A DNA stretch of 64,000 nucleotides from Corallochytrium limacisporum Hawaii. Its lineage: Eukaryota > Protista > Pluriformea. The position numbers and the translations under genes are program-made. The notes below the pieces were generated by a model. The model ran no database searches. It saw only the letters and a program-made list of their open reading frames with translations, and was not told where the DNA came from. The DNA is taken from NCBI GenBank assembly GCA_002811645.1, contig PDIP01000001.1:268608-332607 (forward strand), read 5' to 3'. How positions within the stretch are numbered: position 1 is the first letter of the stretch; each line of letters opens with the position of its first letter. Positions 54,562-64,000 of this stretch are shown one piece after another.

Positions 54562-56751
54562 TCAAGGGCACTTCTCGTCAAAAATATCCGGATTTTCAAT
54601 CCATTCCTTGCGGTTACACCACAGTTGATTCGTTGTGGAAAGTGAGGCCATGATACTGCCTCCGATCCATGCGGCATGCCTGCGTTCCACGGTGCTGCTC
54701 TGAGCACTGAACTTTACACGTGTACCCATGGGTGCCTGTTGAACAACGTCGTTATGCACACGTTCCACAAAGCCGGGCGTCAGGGACATGGCACCTGTGA
54801 GGATAATACCAGCGTACAGCGAGGGTCGCAGATCGACATGGCACACTTCGAGAGTCTCTAGGATCATGTCCACAACGCCAATTAGTCCGCGCTGAACTGG
54901 ATTAGACACTTTCTCCGCTTCGGCTCCGTCTATATCTGTCCCATTTCTCTTCTCAGCAGCACCAGATACGTCCATGGCATCTCCAGGGTCAGCGTCTCCG
55001 TTGGCTTCGGCAGATGCTGCTGATGCGCGCTCTGCAGGGCCAGCACCCGCGGTCGCCTCTCCGCCCTCCGTAGTCGGTGCTGTTGCACCACCCTCAGCAC
55101 CACCGTTGTTCTCAGCGCTACCGCCTACAGCATCCGCGGTAGTGTCTGTTGTCTTGGGTTCGGCAGCACTGGACGCAGCCGCCACGTTCTTCGAGGAGCC
55201 ACTGCTTAATCCGAGGGCCTGCAACTTCTGCCCACTGCTCTCGCCACTGTAGCGAATAGTCCCAGCCAAGGGACGTCCCAACAGGGGATGCTGCCACTGC
55301 GTATCGATGCAGTATTCCTCGGGCTGGAACAGACCCTCCGGAATTGCGAATCGTTCAGGACCGTAAGCCACCGTTACACGTCCCGGGAACTCGTAAGACG
55401 GCTGCGGCAGCTGTTTGACTTCGTCCTCATTGTAAGGATACTCCATAACCTGGCCAATGTGATTATGCACATCGCGCATGAGTTGCAGCTGGGCGTATTC
55501 CTTGAACTGTGCAGGAATAGCCTGCTCCAGCACTGCGCGTGCCATTGAGCCCGAGGTCGTGGCGTCATCTCCTTGGGCGGCTTTGCGGCTCTTTGTCTTG
55601 CGTTGGCCACCGTTCGCAGATGTAGCATTGGCGGCCCCTCCCTTTTTGGCCGCATTCTCGATAAATTCTTTGGCATGCATGGACAGATACTCCAGCGCAG
55701 CCCTTAGTCCAGGAGCAAGAACGTCCGGCGCTTCCTTAGCCTTCGATGCAGACTCCATGAGGTCAAGGAGGTACTGACCCTGAATGAAATGCGCACCGAG
55801 GCCGTTTCGGACAATCGGACGCCCGAGCACAGAGCCATCCACCACGGACACCACTGACGCACCCTCTATGCCACAGTCGACCACCAGAGCCGTGCTGCGA
55901 CCGTTGGCAAATGCTGTCAGTACGCCTCTCTTCGCAAAGTACAGGACCGGTGATTGCAGGCGATCAAAGAAAAGGCGTGCGATGCCCTGGCGCTGTGCAC
56001 GGGTAGCCCAATTGCACTCGGCCCAGAGCACAGGGTGGTGCCGCACATCTTCGACACAGAGACCGCTGAGGGGTCGCATGGCATAGCGAACCAGAAGTTC
56101 TAGAATTTCCCAGTCCATCACTTCACCATGTTCATTGCAGACAGGCACAATTTTGAAGCGAGGGCTTTCGGCTGATTCTCTGGTACCGTCTGCGTCCTCG
56201 CCGTCTCCCTGTGGCTCCGAGGAGCCATGACGATGAATATAATCTTGAACCAACCGACGCAAAATTTCAAAATCATCCGGACTTGTGCCCAAGCCAAGGA
56301 TTCGGGCCTGGCCGTCGCGGATAAGTGATGCCGCTTCGTCCTCCCGCTTCAGTGTGAGGTATGGCTTCAGCCGCTCCTCCTCAACATTACCATCACTGTC
56401 CAGAGTGCGGATCAGATTCTGACGGAAAGCTTGATTTTCCTTTACCCCTTCCGTGTCACCAGCGGTCGTAATAGTGCCATTAGCATCCTCACCTTTCTGG
56501 TCGGTCGCGGGTCCACCTTCCGCAGACTTCTTCGGGTTGCCTCCCGAGGAGTTCGCGGACAACTTCAGCTTGTCTGCCTCAGCTGCCGCTTGCCTTTTTT
56601 CATCTTCATTCAGTGTCTGGACCACTACACAACTGGGAATCATAAGACGCGGGGTGTCCTCACCGGCGAAGCCACACCGAAGGTACTCAAAGTCCAGATC
56701 AAACACGATTGTGTTGATGTCCTGGCCGCCAAACTGTTGTGAACTGGTCAT
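54562..56751 (-). CDS. ARP4: Nuclear actin-related protein ARP4/BAF53
   Basis: 'FGGQDINTIVFD...RCGFAGEDTPR', 'VLTAFANGRSTALVVD', 'YEFP......GPERF.IPEGLF', 'CHVDLRPSLY', 'ERRHAAWIGGSIMASL' and terminal 'KCP'. Confidence 0.9.
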   Translation of the reverse strand: MTSSQQFGGQDINTIVFDLDFEYLRCGFAGEDTPRLMIPSCVVVQTLNEDEKRQAAAEADKLKLSANSSGGNPKKSAEGGPATDQKGEDANGTITTAGDTEGVKENQAFRQNLIRTLDSDGNVEEERLKPYLTLKREDEAASLIRDGQARILGLGTSPDDFEILRRLVQDYIHRHGSSEPQGDGEDADGTRESAESPRFKIVPVCNEHGEVMDWEILELLVRYAMRPLSGLCVEDVRHHPVLWAECNWATRAQRQGIARLFFDRLQSPVLYFAKRGVLTAFANGRSTALVVDCGIEGASVVSVVDGSVLGRPIVRNGLGAHFIQGQYLLDLMESASKAKEAPDVLAPGLRAALEYLSMHAKEFIENAAKKGGAANATSANGGQRKTKSRKAAQGDDATTSGSMARAVLEQAIPAQFKEYAQLQLMRDVHNHIGQVMEYPYNEDEVKQLPQPSYEFPGRVTVAYGPERFAIPEGLFQPEEYCIDTQWQHPLLGRPLAGTIRYSGESSGQKLQALGLSSGSSKNVAAASSAAEPKTTDTTADAVGGSAENNGGAEGGATAPTTEGGEATAGAGPAERASAASAEANGDADPGDAMDVSGAAEKRNGTDIDGAEAEKVSNPVQRGLIGVVDMILETLEVCHVDLRPSLYAGIILTGAMSLTPGFVERVHNDVVQQAPMGTRVKFSAQSSTVERRHAAWIGGSIMASLSTTNQLWCNRKEWIENPDIFDEKCP

Positions 56752-57211
56752 GATTTAGTGTGCAAACTACTGCTTCGATCTGTGTGCGGATTTATCTCTA
56801 CTATTTCCTTCTTCAGTCTTAAGGACATTCACTATGGCATGTTTAAGGTTCTTTTGCTTTGTTCTCTTCCCACAACACAACCGGGACAATATGTTTATAG
56901 CAGAACCATTTACAGGAACGCCCTCTGTAACATTCGTTTGTAGCCTGGCGGTATCTAATTTATTAGTCGCATCAAATACTTTCATAGCACTAGATGCCAT
57001 CTCTGTGAAAGAGAGTGCTACCAACCAAAACTAACAAAATGTGTCCAACGTACACACAGCCCGATGCGTCTCTCCAGGGACGGTCCTTCGAGTGCGCCTG
57101 CGCTCTCAAGGGCGCAAGAAACCAAAACACACCCAGGAGGCCGGGATAGGAGAAGGCAAAAGGGAAACCACCTGGCCCAACTGGCACACCATGTCCTCCC
57201 CTTCTCCAGCT

Positions 57212-57240
57212 CCCCCCCCGGGGGGGGGGGTTGAGGGGAG
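57212..57240. promoter_or_regulatory. C-run/G-run element upstream of ARP4
   Basis: CCCCCCCCGGGGGGGGGGG about 460 bp upstream of the ARP4 ATG. Confidence 0.45.
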
Positions 57241-57576
57241 GCCTCCTCTTTGCGGCCAATACGCAAATCGGCGGAAATATGGGCGCGCAGACTCTTTTGA
57301 CAAATGTCAGTATATAAATCATAATAATGATCCCTTGGTGAATTATGAAAACAAAGTAAGAAAGTATATTTGAATAGACTGTGATTAGTATGGTCGTTTA
57401 AGGGTGACCCCGCCCCCCGAAAGGGGAGAGTTGGGAGGAAAAAGGGACTCCGATCGGCACCGGTCCATCATCTTTCACATTTGTCCCTTCAGCAACCGAT
57501 GCTTTTCCCCTTGATATACACCTTGATCATTGCTTTTCAATGAAAAACGAACAAGTTTCTAGCTTGTACTTGCCAC

Positions 57577-58590
57577 TCAGATCTGACTCTCAAAAGGGAA
57601 GACTTGGCCACAGCCGGGCGTCCACACGAGGGTCATGGTGCTGCTCTTTTTGATGCTGGTCAGTTCCTGGTCATGGTACTGAACCTGCTGAGTGTTGCGG
57701 TGTACATCACGCGCGATCTCCCGGATATCACATTCACGGTGCAAAGTTTGTATAGTTTTGATCGCACTTTCCAATGACTCTACCTTGGATGGCATTGTCT
57801 CCAGCTGGCGCATGGTGACCGCATTCTGTGCACTCTCAACGCTCACCACGTCAAGCAGCCGTGAGACGTGATCAAATCGTACTAGTAGGTCATGATACAT
57901 TGCCTTCATTTCCTTCATGGATTGAGTGTTGATCTCTTCGCTGATCTCGGAGTCAGCGGTTCCGGCAAAACTGCTGAGAACCTCAGAAGCGGCTTCAGCA
58001 TCAAGTGCCGCGGTGAGCCCTGTGTACTGCGGTCCGGAGCGCAGTGTTGCCAGTCCAGGTGTGCCGTAGCTGAGCAGACTGCGTCGACTGCTCATACCAC
58101 TAGTCAGTCTCCGACGGGCACTCGAGAGCCTTTCGTTTGCACTCATTCCCTGGGGAAGACGAGGGACGCCTTTTGCAACTTCCGGCGTTATGGCGCTGAT
58201 TCCACTCTGCATTGTGCTGTTCAGATACTCCTTCGGGGGAGGAGTAGGGTGTACGTCTACGGGCTGTGATCCGTTTTGGGGCCTTGAAAGCGCTATGGGC
58301 ATGGTGCGTCTGTAATTGTCGTCTGTGTAGGGATATTGCACGTCTGGAGTCCGATTCGCCAATTCTTCGCATATTGGTCCTTGCTTTCAAGTAGAGCTAT
58401 GAGTCTTCTAGATACGATACATTCTCATTGCGTCAACGTCGCGACCAAACTCCGGAAACGTGGCTACCCTTTGGGCCACCGTCTGGTTCTCCAATGAGGA
58501 CGTAAGACCAGCCGTGCCAAGGTGGGTCTGCTGGTGAATCTGCTGCCTGCCACCGTGATTGACGGCCTCGGGTGTGGGGGACCCAAACAC
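57577..58590 (-). pseudogene. Degenerate ORF with coiled coil; possible decayed gene or transposon gag/ORF1 relic
   Basis: ORFs 58408..58590 and 57577..58362 are in the same frame, separated by a TAG and a TGA. The product is Pro/Ser-rich followed by a coiled coil. No family recognised. Confidence 0.35.
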
Positions 58591-61279
58591 TAGTTCAGGC
58601 GGGGAAGTGGGGGGTGTTCTGCGTGCAACTTAAAATAGCAAAGTTTCTCCCGCCAAAACACACCACAGCTGTTCTGTATACTGAACATATGGACTGACTT
58701 GGAAGAGTGGAAGGGAGTCTGATTAATTGTGTCATATTGGAATCGGTCCCCGCTCCCTCTTCGCTCTCTTCCGCGTCCAACAGGGGTGGACTGCTTGGGT
58801 CTTCATTCCGGGGCCTCATTTTTGCTAGGAAACCCCCTCACAAAAATAGACTCCAAGTAGCAGGGCAACTTGGCAACAAATATCAGGAGTCCATTTAAAT
58901 GTATTGGACAGTGTGGGTGAGCAAGTTCGGTTGATCACGGACTGCACGGGGCCGGACCGTAGTCCTCATGTTCTCCCAAGCACGCATTCTTCTGTCCGAG
59001 GGGGCTCCACACGAGAGTGCGCCAGAGACTAGACATCCCAGGATCCCTCAGTCCCGAATCTGGGTGAGGAGAATGTCCAATGTGTGCCGGAGACGTTCTC
59101 GAGATGCACTAGTTGTGGTTCGGCTGGATGACTTTGACTTTTGTTGTGGGTTTCTCAAAGATGGACTGGATTGCTTCTGTCCTTTGTTTCGGGATGTGCC
59201 CGTCCAGGAATGTGCAAGGGGACATCATGCAAGCATCAATGTACAGAGACGAGATCTGGTAGCACCAGCCGTATGACCTCACCATATGCAATCCTATTGA
59301 GGCCGCTGCAAGGAGTATCTCATGGAACGAAAATGGCACCTCCACAAGATCTTCCCGTATGAAACTGGAGGGCCGATGGTGATTCCTCAACAGCAGTACG
59401 CAAGCGGACTCGAAACCTACCTCGAGACAAACGTATCGTTCGGAAGTAGACGGGCACGGAGAAGGTCATGAAAACATTGTCCGTATATCGGTTTCATGTG
59501 CGTCCTGAGCAGGGCTGGTCCACGCTTAGAGAAACGTTACATTGGGGAAGTTAAAGACAGCGCGCCGGAGAAAACGCTACCCAACCGCGTCATTCCTCTC
59601 GTAAAAGGCGGGGGCCCACTCTCCGAAAAGGTAGCGCTCTGTACAAAAGTATCAGATGGAAGAAGAGACAACATTAAATGCAAATTGTCATGCATTCTTT
59701 CTTTGGCAGGCAAAGTGTCGAGTGCAGTGTTCAAACGACAATCTCCACCATCACACGGTGCGAAAGGCACAATGGAATTGATGTAAATTAATCACAAATG
59801 ACAAATGCTGTCCGTACTCTGAACTTGGTGTGATCGTCACCGAAGGTCCCTTTTGGGGTGAAGGGCAAAATACCAGAGGGAGGAGATCCCGAACGAAGCC
59901 GGGGATATACCTTCAGGACCAACACTAGTCTTCCATACTCGTTGTAAGAGAAAGAGCTGGCATTTTTCCAACTCTCACCCATTCCGTTTCCAACCAACAG
60001 CTAAGCCTAACTAGGGACTTATTCATTTTTCTCCATTCTTTCTCTATTATTTTTTTTCTTTTCTTGCTGAGATATCTGACATTCTTTCTGTACTTCCTGT
60101 TAGGAGACCGAACGAGTTGGGCCACTGGTGAGAGAACAGGGAAAGCGTTTGCTACGCCCGCAGACGGAGGGACAAAAGGCGGCCGTCATCATGTGCGCGA
60201 TTTGTCGTCATTGCCATCATCATGATGATGAGAAGGGAAGAAGACGACGTAAGACTACATAATCGAGGATTTGGGTAGGCAAACGACGCGTCTACACCAG
60301 CATGCACATGCTGACTGATACACTGAACACGAGCAGAACGAAAGCTGACGAAGTAGCGTCTCGTGCTGGGTGCGGTTGCTACACATGAGTTGCACAGACT
60401 CGCCTAAGCGATTTCCGAATCCCTTTGTTCCCTCCGGTCATTCATCACTTTGACTTTGATGACATTCCCAACCATGGTAGAAGTCATCCTGCTTTCTCTT
60501 TAGATCTCATCTACCGGACCCGAAACAAATCACGCCATGGAAAATCTTCATGGCTGGGGAAATATTTTTGGTTGAAAGCAAGATTTCAGTGAGAGTAACT
60601 GCGTCTTGTGTAGGTCGCATCCTTGCGAACCACGCTCGGATGCCGGGTATTGGTAGAAGCAAGATTGATCTTCGCCAGGGTATTTTAGATTGCGCGATAA
60701 CACAAAATCTTCGCGACGTAATGTATCACTCTGATGGCTTGGAGGGGGGTGGGACAAAGTTCTAGCCTGTCACCCAGGGAGGGGTGCGGAGAACGATGGT
60801 CTTGGAAACGGACACAGATGGACAACAGCCAAAGGGAAGCAAATTCTGCAAACTTAAACTGAAACCGCATGGCGGGACGTAGCGTCATGGTATCAGAATA
60901 CGCATATTAACGTAGAGTAATCCCAGCTGTACGCAACCAGAACTACTATGTTTCCAACATCGCTTAAGTTTGGCCTCGTATAGAGGGACAAGAGCACTGG
61001 TACGTATGCACCCACATGTTGACCCCGTGTCTCCTGGAGATCGACCACGCGTAGCGGTCATAATTTGTCGGGCTGTGGTTCTGCGACAAAAGGAACACCC
61101 TTTCAAGGTAACCGCGACCACAAGGCCACAGCAGCGCCGCGGGTCGTCAACCACTCTCTAAGTGCGAGGATTTCTGTTACCAACCCTGCCTGCTCCTTGC
61201 TTTTCCACCGGCGTGAAGCAAGCTCTGCTATGCCCGGGCAGAAGCAGCAGGAATTGTCATAATGTCTCAGAGTGAAGTG

Positions 61280-63600
61280 TGTCGGGCCCCGGGGAGGAGC
61301 GAATACAAAAAGGAAGGAGGAGAGGGGGAGAGTTTGGGGGGGGGGGGGATGTAATTGAATCGACATGAAAAAAAAACTGAGTGAATTCAAAATTGAAAAG
61401 GAAGTAGACTCATTCGACTCGGCGTCGAGGACGCCAAGGAACCACCGACGAATCACGAAGAAAAAAAAGCGAAGGAAAGCATAAAATTGAAAATGGGCAG
61501 CAGCGTAGAGCCTCCCAGTCCCGTCCGCAAAGTTTAGGAGAAAGAGAGGAAAGAAAATCAAGCGTAGGGGAATGCGGCCCCTCCCCTTCTTTCCCCTTCC
61601 AGACTCTCACTCTTTTCCACTTCTACCATCACCTGCTCGGCCGCATTGCACAAACCACTACGACGGAGGAGAGAGAGCCAGCGAAGGCAGACTTCTCTCC
61701 CCTTCTGCCCCGCAAACGAAATGCCTGTGGTTCAGAAACGAAAGCAGGGCCAAATGAGACTTTGTGAAGGCAAGAGCGAAGAGAAATAACGGTAGTGTGG
61801 TTATTGGAGAAATAGTGTGACCCCAGTGCCACAAGGGAAAATTGGAAGCATAAGGTCCGTCCTCAGCAGGGACCCCCTCCTTCTCCTTCAGAGAGAGAGA
61901 GAGGGAGAGAGAGGGAGAGGGAGAGTGAGGGAGGGAGAGCAGTCGGACGATGGGGGACGGGTGAATCCTGCAAAAGAATGTAAAAGGAATGCAAGATCAC
62001 CACGCAACAGAAACGACGTACGTACCATGCACCGGCCACATGCTCATAGATCAGTGCCTACCCAACCCATAGCAAACACAATGCTTAAAAGCCGAAAAGC
62101 AACCCAAGGTTCTTGCCAATTAACAACAACAATTAAGAGCCAATTCCAATCGAGATCCCCTCACTGACACAACACACGCTCTCTTCCTACGTACCCGTGC
62201 AATCCCACGAGAGCCAACCCCCCCCTCCTCCTCCTCCTCTCCTTCCTCTCTGTTTCTTCCAGTGACAAACCCCCCCTCTAAAAACCCACTTGGCCAGCCT
62301 TTGGCCTTTTGGGAGGGAGAGGGAAGTGGAAGGAAAGGAACGAGGGGCTAGCGTAGGGAGAGAAGAGAGAGAGAGAGAGGGAGAGGGGGCGGTGGCCTCC
62401 CCTTCTTTTTCTGCCTCCTTTCTTGTTCTCTCTCGCTCGCTCGCTCTCTCTCTCTCTCTTCTCTTTCCGCACATTTTCAATAGTTTCTGGTATTTTTGGC
62501 CCCTTTGCGTGTGATGTGACGCCAAACGGGCGTAGCTTTCGCCGGGGGAAGATTGAGATGTTTCCGTAGCGTATCAATGGCCCGGGAAATTAGTATCTCT
62601 TAAAACTGAAAATCGAAGGGAGGGCGGGGGACAAAAGACTGAGGAGGAGGACGACGAAGAGAGCGGAGAGGAAAACATAGAAAGAAAGAGAAAGAAAGGA
62701 ATAAAGAAGAAAAAAGAAAGAAAGAGCAAACAAAAAGAGAGAGAGAGGCACACACGCACCCACACACGCGCAGCATAGACAGAGAGAGAGAGAGAGAAAG
62801 AGACAGAAGGACTGAGGAGTGCACAAAGGAAAACCAACCAAAAAAAAAGAAGATGAGAAACCAAAAAAAAATAGAGGGGGACACTGCGGCTGGGGACCAA
62901 AGCACCGTGGCACGTTTACGACACAACGAAGACTGGGATCGGAACTAAGAATATACCGGCCACACCCCCGCGCACCGGAGGAAGTGCAAAGGGCAGGGAA
63001 GGGGAGAAGAGAGAGAGACACACACACACACAGAGGCACAGAGAGAGACACAGAGAGAGAGAGGGAGAGAGCGTCCCGCTTGGGTTCCGCCCGGGGCGGG
63101 GGAGGGTGCGGTTTAAAGGGTGAGTCGCAGCGCAACGGGCGCGAGCCGAATATTAAAAAAAAAAAGGACCCAGAGTTCCCCCATTCTTTTTTGGGCTCCT
63201 AGCGAAAAAAGCCATTCGTAGTTTGCCCCTCCTTTTCACCGGTCCACCAGGGTCAAAAGCGAAGGGTGTCAGACTGCCGTTGTTCCCTCACTCCCCTTTT
63301 CTGTTGCGGAGAGCCCCCGGGGGAGGTTGGGGGAGGGGGGAGGTGGGAAAGAACGGAACGTTTTCATCTCCAGGCCACACTTGGCCAGAAACAAAGGAAC
63401 GCAGGCAGCAGAAGAAAAGAAGCGAGAGGTAAGGGAGCAAAAGACATAAGAAGAACAAAAGAAAAAAGGAAAGGAAAGAAAGAAAGAAAGTAAAGGAAAG
63501 GAAAGGAAGGGAGCGGGGGGGGTAGGGGGAACACAGAGAGAGAGAGAGAGAGAAGAGGGACGGCAGGGAGCGAGAGAGATCCCGGGAGAACGATGGGTCC
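61280..63600. repeat. Low-complexity purine-rich region with (GA)n, (CA)n, (GGAAA)n and homopolymers
   Basis: (GA)n at about 61890-61940, 62360-62380, 62780-62800, 63010-63070 and 63535-63555; GGAAA repeats at about 63468-63510. Confidence 0.85.
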
Positions 63601-63728
63601 TGCTTAAGTGAATTTTGTGCGTTGGGGGTGCGTTGTCCTTGCCTCCGGAATCAATAGAAGTTAGTGACCGGAGCTTTCCGTCAGTTCGGTACGTATTTTC
63701 CGTTTGATTGTGGACATACCACCGGGCC

Positions 63729-63732
<4 letters not shown>

Positions 63733-63781
<49 letters not shown>

Positions 63782-63866
63782 TATCTAGTNNNNNNNNNNN
63801 NNNNNNNNNNNNNNNNNNNNNNNNNNNNNNNNNNNNNNNNNNNNNNNNNNNNNNNNNNNNNNNNNN

Positions 63867-63912
<46 letters not shown>
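63733..63912. repeat. (TG)n microsatellite interrupted by an assembly gap (N 63790-63866)
   Basis: Pure TG dinucleotide runs on both sides of the N run. Confidence 0.95.
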
Positions 63913-63913
<1 letters not shown>

Positions 63914-64000
63914 CATCTAGTCACCTGGATTGTGTTCGTTGGCAGAGGGTGGCCGCTCAGGTACACACCGTTGTCACATTCCGTCGCCAACCGATATTGA

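Noticed and set aside
30013-56751. Functional cluster of chromatin and transcription genes (ASH2L, CTR9, ARP4, XPD)
   Set aside because: They are interspersed with unrelated genes, which is compatible with random gene order in a compact genome.
1-64000. CRISPR arrays, rRNA, telomeric repeats, intact transposons
   Set aside because: No repeat-spacer array, rRNA-like sequence, telomere tract or transposase/RT ORF was seen.

Overview
Compact eukaryotic nuclear DNA (about 50% GC by eye) with about 22 protein-coding genes, all of whose recognisable coding regions are uninterrupted single ORFs, mostly in alternating head-to-head and tail-to-tail pairs. Gene content (PDCD10, TPD52-like, FAM193-like, PRPSAP-type, fungal-type complex I subunit NUUM) suggests an intron-poor unicellular relative of animals, for example a Corallochytrium-like holozoan; this is inference only. 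Housekeeping genes: XPD, DHX16/PRP2, TRM10, NOP12/RBM34, ASH2L, ATXN10, SLC35E, RFK, DDX27, CTR9, ARP4. Most unusual observations: (1) XPD fused in frame to a C-terminal IMPACT/YigZ (UPF0029) domain; (2) a plant-style type II SKP1 (ASK20/21-like) protein and a FAM193-like protein sharing the same C-terminal motif series; (3) a GNAT acetyltransferase and TRM10 joined by an overlapping TAATG stop/start, a possible bicistronic unit; (4) a recurrent C-run/G-run element a few hundred bp upstream of nearly every start codon; (5) a bacterial-type glycine-betaine binding protein with a membrane anchor and MARCKS-like tail. Both window ends are low complexity, and there are two N gaps. All family assignments come from recalled motifs, not from database searches.
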